DNA of 64,000 nt from positions 63,240,001 through 63,304,000 of the forward strand of contig NW_027266308.1 in NCBI RefSeq assembly GCF_022045235.1, given 5' to 3'. Shown piece after piece: positions 1-11,934 of this stretch. Position numbers and translations under genes: made by a program. Position 1 is the stretch's first letter, and each line of letters begins with the position of its first letter. The DNA comes from Haliotis cracherodii (taxonomy: Eukaryota). The notes under the pieces were generated by a model. That model ran no database searches. It worked only from the letters and a program-made list of their open reading frames with translations, and was not told where the DNA came from.

Positions 1-75
1 TTCTGGCGTGCCCAAGGGACGCAACTCTGCACAGCGAATCGCGGCGCCTTAGACCACTAAGCCACCCGTGCCCCC
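1..75 (-). mobile_element. SINE family B head (partial, window edge)
   Basis: Reverse complement of ggggcacgggtggc...cttgggcacgccagaa. Confidence 0.8.
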
Positions 76-575
76 TAAATGAACACAAGAAGACCCTGTC
101 CATATTCATAAGACATCTCGCGTTAAAGTCGATTGTACGATTCCTACCATATGTTTAGCATGAACCACTATCAACTGTGATGATGCCAGGTTTTCGCGAA
201 AAGGTGAGCGTATCCTGCCCCATCGCTGGCACCCGTCACAAACACATGAAAATGAACAAACAAGAAATGGTTTTTCGATGGTGATGTATTTGATACGGTA
301 TCGTAGCTGTGGACCTTTAGTTTGCAGTATTTCGGCGACTGATTTCACTTTTCAACTAGTGACGTTTTTATAACGTTTGTAATTTGTTTTTAACATATCC
401 AATTTTCAAGTGTATAATTTCCTTTGCTCGGCAATTTATATCCTTCCTGGTTAGACATACTGTTAAAAACACTGGTTGACATAAATGACGGAATATATTT
501 TTTAACACAAATAATCATGTGTAGAATAATCATGACAACAATTTGCCGGTGTAAAATGATTGCATTTGGACAGCG

Positions 576-930
576 GTGAGGTGAGGTGAAATGGGGTTTA
601 ACGTCGCGTCCAAGATTATTGCACTTATAAAGCGACGTGCATGCGTGTGTATGTTTGTGTGTGGCTGCTTGTACTAGTCCGGACTGGTGCCGATTTATAG
701 TGCTAGCTCACTGAGATACCATGCCGCAGTTTAACATGAATACCCCACTCAGACACAGTATACTGACTCCGAGCCGACCAGTCCTTGTTTTAGCCCCTTA
801 ATGCCGAACGCCAGACAGGGTAACAACAAGTACCATCTTTTAACGTCTTTTGGTATGACGCGGCCGGGGATCGAACCCCGGACTTTCCGCTCTCCGGGCG
901 GACGCTCTACCACTGGACCACGGAGACGGT
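576..930 (-). mobile_element. tRNA-derived SINE, family D (Meta-type central domain likely), full length
   Basis: A and B boxes (TGGTCCAGTGG, GGTTCGATCCC), central GGTCGGCTCGGAGTCAGTATACTGTGTCTGAGTGGGG, (CACCT)n tail, 12-bp TSD atttggacagcg (564-575 / 931-942). Confidence 0.9.
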
Positions 931-997
931 ATTTGGACAGCGATTCTGACTCGTTTGACAAGGGTGGGTGCTGGTTACTAAGGTTACATAGTCTAAT

Positions 998-1110
998 CTG
1001 GGCCCCGTTCCTCAAAGCGATCTTAGCACTAAGGCGATTGTAATTACCATACTTCAACATAGGCTTACGATCATCGTAGCGCTTGAATCTCTTTGAGGAA
1101 CGGGGCCCTG
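998..1110. mobile_element. Short palindromic MITE (PIF/Harbinger-like ends); relatives at ~17790-17893, 19817-19926, 59050-59160, 59262-59374
   Basis: TIR ggccccgttcctcaaagcgat / atctctttgaggaacggggcc flanked by CWG-like triplets; shared internal ccatacttcaacataggcttacga. Confidence 0.8.
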
Positions 1111-1331
1111 TTTCACAAAACGATCAATGGGCTATGACTATTGAAACACCCATTCTTACGACAGTCGTACACAACCATAGCTTTGTGCAACCGAGTTCTG
1201 AAGGCAAAGAAACATTAGAAGAAGCCGTTGCCTTCAATGTGTAGGTCGCACCAACATTAATCTACTCCTGTTTCGTGGGAATAATCCATAGACGTATATA
1301 CATTTACAGTTCTCTTCTGCCTGTACGCCAT

Positions 1332-1577
1332 ACCCCTGAGGATCCAGGGTAGAAAAGGTCTTCAGCAACCCATGCTTGTCGAAAAAGGCAGATATGCTTG
1401 TCGTAAGAGGCGACTAATGGGATCGGGTGGTCAATCTGGACTTGGTTGATGCATGTCATCGTATCAATGTTCATGATGTCAATTTCTGGATTGTCTGGTC
1501 CAGACTCGATAATTTACAGACCTCCGTCATACTGCTGGAATATTGCTGAGTGTGACGTTAAACAACAAACAAACAAA
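1332..1577 (+). mobile_element. Non-tRNA short retroelement, family C
   Basis: Head ...gatccagggtagaaaaggtcttcagcaacccatgcttgtc...gtaagaggcgactaa; tail gctggaatattgctgagtg-(AAAC)n. Confidence 0.85.
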
Positions 1578-1946
1578 TGCATGAACACCAAAGCCGAATT
1601 CATGTCTTTATTTCCTTCAGATAAAGCCATTGCTTGTGAATACCGCCGAGCGTTCCAGCCAAATACCTTCCCATGATGCCACAGTATGATAATAAGTCAT
1701 ATACTGCATCAAGGGCTTGAATATATCTAACTGATCTTGTCTTTCCTCACATGGCCCTTGTTTGTGTATGAGAAGTTGAAAACAACAGTGTGTTTGTTTA
1801 GAGTGGAACGCCTATTGAAAATGGTATGGTTGAATGTATGTAATTAGCACACGGACCTACTGCTACCAAGCTTATCAGCAAGCCTGGAATATTCCTCCCA
1901 ATCGCTTCCTGTTATATAATATCTTAAGACAAGAGAGGCCACATAC

Positions 1947-2310
1947 TTTTTGCAAACTCGACTCTTGTTCAAAGTCGGCTTGCTTCTTCAAATCTGCCAT
2001 GATAAATTGAAGCCTGATAGCCATGCAATACAACACCAACAATCCATGTAAACTTTTATCGGGGAGATACCCTAGCCCTGATAGTGTATAAATAATACGT
2101 ACATTGAAAAGTGTTGAAATGCCTTTTTCCTGGAACCGAGTTTTTTTGTAGTGGAAATAGTTTCCATAATTATATGCCACCCTTACTTTAGATGATAGAA
2201 GGGCATTCTGGGGAGGAACATATCAATTCAATAATCATAAGATACTGCGTAGACATGTTACTTCCGTCAGCAGGTCTGCTGGGGCGCCGGGGAGTTTAAC
2301 AAGATGATGG
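1947..2310 (-). other. Putative 5' end of an unidentified minus-strand gene that runs off the left edge
   Basis: Candidate exon 1 ~2300-2187 ends at donor GTAAGG. Candidate exon 2 is 2077-1947 (acceptor tatcag, donor GTATGT) and contains an ATG at 2000 encoding MADLKKQADFEQESSLQK. Promoter-like motifs lie immediately upstream. No recognisable homology. Confidence 0.4.
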
Positions 2311-2365
2311 TCACATGAATGAGCACGTTAGTATCGCGAGATGTGCAGAGAGGTATCGCGAGACT
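2255..2365. promoter_or_regulatory. Promoter-like CpG-rich island for the left minus-strand gene
   Basis: ETS-like ACTTCCG (~2260) and two TATCGCGAGA copies (~2332-2341 and ~2354-2363), one mismatch from the TCTCGCGAGA promoter palindrome. Confidence 0.45.
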
Positions 2366-2911
2366 TGATTTTGTTTGATGTGTAGGCAATACAATTGGCC
2401 TATTGTACATTACGGCACGAAACTTGGAACTGTAGCTCTAAGAATGCCGGAAAAACGTGTGCGAAAGCAACATGCGATAGAAGAAATTGGTAATATGACA
2501 CGTTTATTGAAAAAAGAGGAAATGGTACGAGGATTAAGGTTATCTTGAAAAGACAAAGGAAAAGAAAATGGTGGTAACATCGTGTTGAATATAATGCAAA
2601 GGTAATAGTGGGCTTATCTGGACTCACATTCTATAATAATTAGGATCTGTTCATATTTTATATATTCTGATAAACTACCGGACAAAAGAAAGTTTACACC
2701 CATGTTTGATGGTAGCCTAAACGAAGCATGTTTGGTGATGTATTTGTATTTGTGATGTATTTGTATTTGTGATGTATTTGATATCGGCATCATAGCTGTG
2801 TTTTGGGTCTTATGTTTGCAGCATTTTGACGACTGATTCAGTCTGCTTTGAAAACATTTCGTATTTTTTGGTCAAATCTAGTTCAAGTGTAGATTTCGTT
2901 CACTCGGCAGT

Positions 2912-3082
2912 GGGGCGGTTGGGTAGCCTAGTGGTTAAAGCGTTCGCTCGTCACGCCGAAGACCCGGGTTCGATTCCCGACATGGGTACAATGTGTGTAG
3001 CCCATTTCTGGTGTCCCCGCCGTGATATTGCTGGAATATTGCTAAAAGCGGCGTTAAACCATACTCACTCACTCACTCACTC
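2912..3082 (+). mobile_element. tRNA(Asp)-like-headed SINE, family A
   Basis: TAGCCTAGTGG A box, GTC anticodon-like loop, GGTTCGATTCCC B box, tail gctggaatattgctaaaagcggcgttaaac+(ACTC)n. Confidence 0.9.
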
Positions 3083-4701
3083 ACCCTGCAGTTTAGTTAA
3101 CATACACATATACCTTATACTGTTAATTATAAGCGGTGGTATTAATGCACAGAATTGGGTTTTTTTTACACTTTTTCAACAAAAACAACATAGTTTGAGA
3201 GTTATATTGTAATGGAGTATATGTATATATATACCACGTACTATTTATACCCAATAACATTGATACGCCAGTTAGAGGAAGTCGGTGAGTGAGGTAGTGC
3301 TACTGTGGACAGTATTGCAGTTACATCACAATGTGCCAGCATAGTGTAGGAGAAACGCCCAGTGAATTAGGGCATAGACGTTAGACACTAACGAGCACCT
3401 GGTGCTGACAAATCAAGACGCCCTATAATCAGCAGATCCTGCCACGGGACGAAACGCAAATGTAACAAGGGTTGATTGCATGTTTACTAATATTTAGACA
3501 ACAAAACGTGTTTCCTATTCATAAACTAAAACAATATCGTTTAATAACTATCCTATAAAGTTTGTATCAATTATTTTCAAAAAATATTTTTTTGCGACAT
3601 TAATTTTATTTTATAGGTTTCGCTTAAAAATCAACGTCAAATTAGTATCTTCTTGTCTCCTAAATATGTAAAGTAATGCGTATTTTGAATGTTTTAGAAT
3701 CTCACATACAAAATAAAATCTAAATTGGTTATGGTTGCCTAGTCAACTTTGGGGAAAAAACCACGCGCGTGTCTGTGTTGAAGAGGGGATATATCAACAG
3801 AGCAGTTTACGACATGTCTGGGTGACTGGTTAATTGGAATTTATGATTAACTGGCTACCTTGAATGCATTCCAACTTGTGTACTTTGAAACAATGACACT
3901 ACCCGCCTATACCCCGCCCCGTGTGTACGGCGTCCTCTGTCGCCCATCGTGTGAAGCGCGTGTCCATGTCGGCGACGGCAGCTGGGTGGCGAGGTGTTCG
4001 CTAATCCACTTTAAATATAATACGGCACAGGAGAATAAAACCGTAATTAATACAACCTGTTGTAATTAACAAGGAATTAAAAGTGCCCAGTTGTGGGTAA
4101 TACACAGACCAGTCACATTTTAGTGCCAGATTCGACTGTAAAATGATCTATTTCCTAAGATTACAGGGTCCTAATGATAACCTCCAGTCGTATTGCTGGG
4201 CCAAAGAGAACAGCGTCCGCGTGTGTGGGGTAACATAGACTGTATATCTCACACATAGATTTACAGGAATCCCTGATTTATTCAAGTTATTTCTAACGTG
4301 TTGTCAAAAAGTTTGTTTTTATTTAATAACGCCCTTCTAGAACCAATACCAACAAATTGAGTGAGTATTGCTTTACGCCGTACTAGTAATGTTCAGCTGT
4401 GCAGGACCACATTGGAATATTTCGATAAATGTACAGACTGTGTCCCTTAACTGGTGTTTCGATGAGTGAGTGATTTGTAGTATCGGTGTGATCTACACTC
4501 TATTATTAACATGCGGTCGTAGATGGAATATCGCAACTGTGGCTTTAAACAATAACATTCACTCAGTCACTCATAGGGTTTTGTATTACTATTTTAGTTT
4601 AACGCTGCCCTCAGCAATATTCCAGCTACATGCGAGATCTTTAAATAAGCGAATCCTGTGATCGATAGTGTGAATGTTAATCGTCGTCATCGACCTGACA
4701 A

Positions 4702-4983
4702 GGGGTCACGGTCGGCCCAGTCGTCTAAGGCGCCGCGATTCGCTGTGCAGAGTGGCGTCCCTTGGGCACGCCAGAATCCTATGATTGTGGGTTCGAATCC
4801 CGGTTAGCCCCGAATATGTTTCTAGGTTTGTCAGCACCATACCCGTGCTCGTGGGTTTCACTGAGGTGGTAAACGTCTTAGACCTGCACTTCGGGCTTTC
4901 CTCCCACATTAAGCTGACACGCCGTGATATAACTGGAATAGTGTTAAAAGCGGCGTTAAACCCAACTCACTCACTCACTCACT
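4702..4983 (+). mobile_element. tRNA-derived SINE family B, nested inside a family C element
   Basis: A box (tcggcccagtcgtctaagg), B box (ggttcgaatccc), shared tail; TSD catcgacctgac. Both flanks (~4590-4700 and ~4995-5062) are a minus-strand family C copy. Confidence 0.9.
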
Positions 4984-6082
4984 CATCGACCTGACCACTC
5001 TTCGCCTCTTTTGACAAGCATAGGTTGCTGGGGACCTATTCTAACCCGGACTCTCCATGGGTGTATTGCGTTTGTTGAAAACACAGATTCCTTAAGTCCC
5101 TGACACTGCTTTGCTTCTACCTCAGGGACTAATGGTTTGTTAAAAATATTAACATCGCATTTAGCAATGCATCTTAATCGCGGCGGGGAAGTACTAACGA
5201 TGTGAGGATCAAAACACAGGTCTTCATTGTCACAAACGAACACTTTACCCACAAGGCCACTCCAGTGCTAAGTACGGCGTTAAACAACAAACAAACAAAC
5301 AAACAACGCACGATCTCATCCACACTTGGACAATGTCAAGACACTATATACAAATCTTCGATTGAAATAAAACCAAGCCAACAGCAGAAAATGAAAGATA
5401 ATGTCGTATTTACAGATGTGAAGCGAAAACGACAACAATTTATCCACACTGCATCTCATGACGTCACGCTACCCCGTAAGCATATTAAACCCTTTATGCT
5501 TTGATAATAGCGCAAGTTGACAAACGCCGCAATTTATAGACGAAAGTCATCCGTTTATGAGAGGCGATTAGTGCCATACAATAGCAGGCTGAGACATCGT
5601 TTGTGAGGAGAGCGGGCTACCGAGGTGTGACAGTGTGCCTTGTCCATTACCTGATCTCCAAATCACGCCATGATCTTGTGTCTAGCCAAAATAAATACTA
5701 GAAATGTGTGACTCATTAAATACCCCGTCGAATGATGTATAACACATATACTGTTTCTTTAAAGGGAAAAGTTAGGTTGGAAAAATGAAAACTTGATATA
5801 CGCGTTTTCTCGCAAAATTAATTGGTTTGAATAAATGGAGGTCTGAATTTCAAGTTGTTGCTATTTTGTGGGTATTGAGTAACGAACGCTGTGGTTTGAA
5901 AAAAAGCCTGGGGTAGAGTGTATGTTTATAACGAGGCCGTCAGCAGCCTTCACAAACACTGCACCCAATCAAAGCCAACATTGCCCCCAACCGAAGAGAC
6001 AATATCCATTGAAAATCATTTGCCGTGCATGTTTTTGGCCCGGGTCTGATCTTCAGAGATACAGAACATACATATGCTAATA

Positions 6083-6257
6083 CAGTAAACTACGGTTATA
6101 ACAAACACGCTTATAACGAACTGACGGATATAACGAACTTCCTTTTTGGTCCCGACTACTTGCTGTAGTCATGCTGTATATGTACTTATAACGAACTACG
6201 GTTATAACGAACTAAAATTGGTAGTCCCTTTGAGTTCGTTATAACCGTAGTTTACTG
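6083..6257. mobile_element. pogo/Tigger-type MITE
   Basis: TIR cagtaaactacggttataac / gttataaccgtagtttactg, TA on both flanks, internal ttataacgaa subrepeats. Confidence 0.88.
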
Positions 6258-6512
6258 TACAAAATATATTTACCTTTGTTGGAAACACACGATTATACGT
6301 TTTGTCAGTTATATTTTAATCAGTTTAAGTCTAAGGCTTACAACGTGACGAGTCTAGGCTGTGTGTAGAGAGGTGACAGTGATATAACACACACCAAAAC
6401 ACAAATCTAAACAGCCATCTTGATGTACATTTATTATTTATTTGCACTTTGTTCTGCTCTTGTGTCATCTTTGGTGGTTTATGGAGAAATAAAACGAACC
6501 TGAATCTGACAA

Positions 6513-8140
6513 TGTGTGACTGCACCTCACTATAACACTCATCACCATGACAAGCTGTGATTGCACCTCACTATAACACTCATCACCATGACAAGCTGTG
6601 TGACTGCACCTCAGTATAACACTCATCACCATGACAGGTTGTGTGACTGCACCTCTCTATAACACTCATCATCATGACAAGCTGTGGCTGCACCTCACTA
6701 TAACACTCATCACCATGCCAAGTTGTGTGACTGCACCTCACTATAACACTCATCACCACGACAAGCTGTGTGACTGCACCTCACTATAACACTCATCACC
6801 ACGACAAGCTGTGTGACTGCACCTCACTATAACACTTACCACCATGACAAGCTGTGACTGCACCTCACTAAAACACTAATCACCATGACAAGCTGTGTGT
6901 CTGCACCTCAGTATAACACTCACCACCATGACAAGCTGTGTGTCTGCCCCTCACTATAACACCCATCACCATGACAAGCTGTGACTGCACCTCAGTATAA
7001 CACCCATCACCATGACAAGCTGTGACTGCACCTCAGTATAACACACATCACCATGACAAGCTGTGACTGCACCTCACTATAACACTCATCACCATGACAA
7101 GCTGTGTGACTGCACCTCACTATAACACTCATCATCATGACAAGCTGTGACTGCACCTCACTATAACACACATCACCATGACAAGCTGTGTGTGTGCACC
7201 TCACTATAACACTCATCACCATGACAAGCTGTGTGTCTGCACCTCTGTATAACACTCATCACCATGACAAGCTGTGTGTCTGCCCCTCACTATAACACTC
7301 ATCATCATGACAAGCTGTGACTGCACCTCAGTATAACACTCATCACCATGACAGGTTGTGTGACTGCACCTCTCTATAACACTCATCATCATGACAAGCT
7401 GTGACTGCACCTCACTGTAACACTCATCACCATGACAAGTTGTGTGACTGCACCTCACTATAACACTCATCACCACGACAAGCTGTGTGACTGCACCTCA
7501 CTATAACACTCATCACTATGACAAATCGTGTGACTGCACCTCACTATAACACTCATCACCATAACAGGTTGTGTGACTGCACCTCTCTATAACACTCATC
7601 ATCATGACAAGCTGTGACTGCACCTCACTATAACACTCATCACCATGACAAGTTGTGTGTCTGCCCCTCACTATAACACTCATCACCATGACAAAATGTG
7701 ACTGCACCTCAGTATAACACTCATCACCATGACAAGCTGTGACTGCACCTCACTATAACACTCATCACCATGACAAGCTGTGTGTCTGCACCTCAGTATA
7801 ACACTCATCACCATGACAAGCTGTGTGACTGCACCTCACTATAACACTCATCACCATGACAAGCTGTGTGTCTGCACCTCACTATAGCACTCATCACCAT
7901 GATAAGCTGTGTGACTGCACCCCACTATATCACACATCACAGTGACAAGTTGTGTGACTGCACCCCACTATATCACACATCGCCGTTATAAGCTGTGTGG
8001 TTGCACCTCACTATACCACACATCACCATGACAAGCTGTGTGACTACGCTTCACTGTGTCACACATCACCCTCACAAGCTGTGTGAGTATAAATTGTGCA
8101 ACAGTGACGTGACACTGTCATAACCTGTTTTGTGACTGCA
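6513..8140. repeat. 41/43-bp minisatellite, roughly 38 copies
   Basis: Unit tgtgactgcacctcactataacactcatcaccatgacaagctg. Confidence 0.96.
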
Positions 8141-8224
8141 CATCAACCCACTGGTTTGGTAAAGTTAATATTTACTTTCTCCTTGCTTGTAAAAATTAAC
8201 TTTACCAAACCAGTGGATTGATGT
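8140..8224. repeat. Short palindrome / MITE remnant (~36-bp arms)
   Basis: acatcaacccactggtttggtaaagttaa ... ttaactttaccaaaccagtggattgatgt. Confidence 0.8.
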
Positions 8225-8994
8225 TTACAGACCGCCGTCATATAGCTGGAATATTGCTGAATGCGGCGTTAAACAACCAACCCACCAACTTCCTCCATTA
8301 ACGCCGGGGTCTTAATAACACAACACCAACAGATACAAAAAGTGTTCAATTTATGAGCAGGAATTTAAAGCTCCACCAGGAATTGTTATATTGAACAGTT
8401 CACGTCTGGTTCGGGAAAGCGCTCATCTCCGAGGGCTGGGTATCTGATAAAGACATAATGCCAGTCAACGAGTTATTCTGAAGAAAATAAGAACATGATC
8501 GATTGCTCGTAAGAGAGTAATCCATCGCCCGCAAGAAAATTTACATAAATCAGAAATATTGTGATAAATTATGGTATTTCAATAATAATGCGTGCGTTTC
8601 CAAGCTGAATTTGCTGATAGTAAATATCTTTGGAACTTTTTTAAAAATTCAGCCTTACTCATAGTTATTTCAGAGATAGCTTTTAGACAAGCCAGTTCGT
8701 ATCGTGTCTTTTTTAAATCAATCGACTGAATATTCTAGTGGGTTTTATTAGAAATTTAGGAAAACATCTCGGCATTGCAGAAGGGTGGGGAAAAGATACT
8801 CTAAGGGAAATAACCCTTCCAAACTTTTGGAAGTGCATCGTCGGAAGAGTTATTGTCCTTTAAGACTCGTTGAAGATTTTACGAATGAATCTTTTTGTGA
8901 GCGCTGGCTCAAAGTGTTTGTTCGTTGTCAGAAGAAAACAACGACTTAAGCCGTCCAGCACTAACCACGGTAGCTGTCTCTTTGTGTATGGAAT

Positions 8995-9245
8995 TCGTGA
9001 AGATCCGGGGTAGAATTGGTCTTGGGCAACCCATGCTTGCCGTAAAAGATAGAGCTTGTCGTAAGAGGCGACTAACGGGATCGGGTGGTCAGGCTCGCTG
9101 ACTTGGTTGATGCATGTCATCGATCCCAATTGCGTGGATCGTTGCTCATGATGTCATTCACTGTATTGTTTGGTCCAGATTCGATTATTTACAGACAGCC
9201 GTCATATAGTTGGAATATTGCTGAGTTAAATAACAAACGAACCAA
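8995..9245 (+). mobile_element. Family C copy
   Basis: Homologous to 1332-1577. Confidence 0.85.
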
Positions 9246-9267
9246 ACTTTGTGTATGGAATCTGCAA

Positions 9268-9520
9268 CTGTCGTCTAAGGCGGCGCACATCGCTGTGCAG
9301 AGTTACGTCCCTTCTACACGCCAGAAACCTATGATCGTGGGTTCGAATCTCGGTTCGCCTCGATTTTTTTCTCGGTTTTTCAGCACCATGCGGGTGCTCG
9401 TAGGTTTCACCAAAGTGGGAAATGTCTGACACCTGCATCAGTTCGGGCTTTCCTCCAACATTAAGATGACACGCCGTTATATACACGTTCTAAGCGGCGT
9501 TAAACCCAACTCATTTATTC
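9268..9520 (+). mobile_element. SINE family B copy
   Basis: Homologous to 4702-4983; directly follows a family C copy. Confidence 0.85.
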
Positions 9521-9798
9521 AGCCATGCACACGGATAGCTCTATAAATTCACTGTCTTCCCGTCCCACCGTCCTGACATAACGTCAACTTAGTATTACAT
9601 CACTACATAAACTGCCGTGCAAAATATATCCTACACCCATGTTTGTTTGGTGCGGTTTCAAGAGTTAAACAAACAAGAATAGGTTATTCGATGGTGACGT
9701 ACTTGAAAGGGAATCATAGGCGATATTACATGCATCACATTAATGAGAATCTCACAGGCCACTGTAACGTTTGTGTAACCTTTTGGACAAATCCAAAT

Positions 9799-10053
9799 GA
9801 CCCGTGAAGATCCGGGTTAGAATAGGTCTTCAGCAACCCATGCTTGTAAGAGACGAGTATACTTGTGGTAAGAGGCGACTAACGGGATCGGGTGGTCAGG
9901 CTCACTGACTTGGTTGATGCATGCCATCGTATCCCAATTGCGTGGATCGATGAACATGACATCAATCACTGGTTTGTCTGGTCCAGACTCGATTATTTAC
10001 AGACCACCGTATTATAGCTGGAATATTGCTGAGTGCGGTGTTAAACAACAAAC
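9799..10053 (+). mobile_element. Family C copy (best-preserved head)
   Basis: gacccgtgaagatccgggttagaataggtcttcagcaacccatgctt... Confidence 0.88.
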
Positions 10054-11375
10054 AGTTTTCAAGTACATACATCATTCTGATAAAAACGATATTGAAATGC
10101 CCATTCTCTTATTATTATTTGTTATACAGACTATCAACAAAATAATCGGTGGCTGAAATAGACAGATTTGACAATATTGTTCGCCGGGAGGCGGGATTAA
10201 AAAATAAAACAAATAAAATGTTTTTTTATGTCTTCCTTTCCGCCTATAATTGAAGACGGAAACAAATCCTCTGAATATTTTAACCCCATCCACATTTGTG
10301 TAATGTCACATCGGCGCACCCTTAGACAAACTAATTTGAACGCCTTAATCAATGTCAGAAATGTGTTGGCTATTGAAATTAGTCCGCCATCATGATCATT
10401 CCTCACCCTAAGAAGTAACCTTTCCCTACATCGAATGACGGATTCAAATGCACCAAACTACCTATTCTTCCCGCCACGCTGTGATCCCAAATGAGGCTAA
10501 TTTGGCACATGACAAATTTGGATCTTGGGCCCCGACAACGAAACCGTACTTGCCCTGGGTAACCAATTCCATCATTGATTAAAACTGCATATCAACACCT
10601 GCGAGTTGTCTGCCCTTGGCTTCTAAATCCGACACCAGGTGCCCACGTGTCGACATTTTGGCATGAACTCGTTCCTTTCCTTAGACTATGCAATGATTTA
10701 TTGCGCTTCCTCCTCTCAGAACGTTTTTGGCAACAGTTTAAAGAGGGGATGAAAGAAACGGAAATTTTCTGACGGAGCCGTTTGTCTTAGGCAGACATGT
10801 AGTTGGAGAAGATCCTTCAAACTTCAATTTTAACGGATCGAGTCAGAAATATAACACAAGATCATACATCGTTCTAAAACAAAACAGATTTTTTTTTAAG
10901 ATAACACAAAAACTCACCTTAAATGCAACAAGATCTATACGTCATGTGTTTAGGTGTATTTTATTGGTGGATATCGTGTTATCTTGCCATTTTCAGAACT
11001 ACTGTCAAACAGCAACGCAAAGTGGTGTCAGTTGAAAACGTATCACAATATGTATGCTGGAGCCTCGATTATCCAGTGTGTAATACTACATAATAACATA
11101 ATGGATTTAACACACTGGGAAATCGAGGCTGATGAAGGAGTATCTGCTTTTGCATACATTTAACATAGTGAGTGAGTTAATTGTTTAAGCCAGTCTACTA
11201 TTCCAAAACGACTTACAATTAGAATGTCTTTACTTTGTTAGATAGAAACTGGATGTGTTGGTTTGTTTAACGCGCTGCAATTCGACTGCGGCCTGTAAGT
11301 AATCGAGTGTGAAACAGAAATACCAATGACTGATACCCGGAGTTACGATCTACCCCGTCGGGGTACATGACAAAC

Positions 11376-11633
11376 GAAGATCCGGTTTGGAATAGGTTTT
11401 CAACAACCCATGCTTGCCGTAACAGACGACTTTGCTTGTCGTAAGAGGGGACTTATACGGGATCGGGTGGTCAAGCTAGCTGACGTGGTTGATACATGTG
11501 ATCGTATCCCATGGATCGATGCTCATGCCATTGTGTCAGTTACTGGATTGTCTGGTCCAGACTCAATTATTTACAGACCGCCGTCATATAGCTGGGATAC
11601 TGCCGAGTGCGGCGTAAACAAACAAACAAAACG
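11376..11633 (+). mobile_element. Family C copy, followed by an inverted C fragment (~11635-11700)
   Basis: Homologous to the other C copies. Confidence 0.8.
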
Positions 11634-11764
11634 ATGACATGCAATACACCAAGTCACTCGCCGAGTCCGACCACCCGATCCACAAAGTTGCTTCTTACAC
11701 ACAATTGCTTTTCGACATAATCCCTCCGACGTCTACACACATCTTTTAGCGATGCTGGATTGAG

Positions 11765-11930
11765 AGAGTGAGTGAGTTGGGTTTAACGCCGCTTTTAACA
11801 CTATTCCAGTTATATCACGGCGTGTCAGCTCAATGTGGGAGGAAAGCCCGAAGTGATGCAGGTCTCGGACGTTTACCACTTCGGTGAAACCCACGAGCAC
11901 GGGCATGTTGTTGACAAACCTAGAAACATA
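11765..11930 (-). mobile_element. SINE family B, 3' half
   Basis: Reverse complement of the family B body and tail; abuts the mariner fossil. Confidence 0.85.
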
Positions 11931-11934
11931 ACGA

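Noticed and set aside
2912-2985. Possible tRNA-Asp gene
   Set aside because: It continues into a SINE body and tail, lacks a proper acceptor stem, and occurs in many diverged copies, several with TSDs.
749-5252. Short ORFs overlapping SINE copies (e.g. 749-1060, 1446-1676, 2826-3212, 4706-5252)
   Set aside because: Translations of SINE sequence; the same peptides recur at other copies.
10912-10925. Strong minus-strand donor AAG|GTGAGT as a possible upstream exon
   Set aside because: Isolated signal with no ORF or acceptor support.
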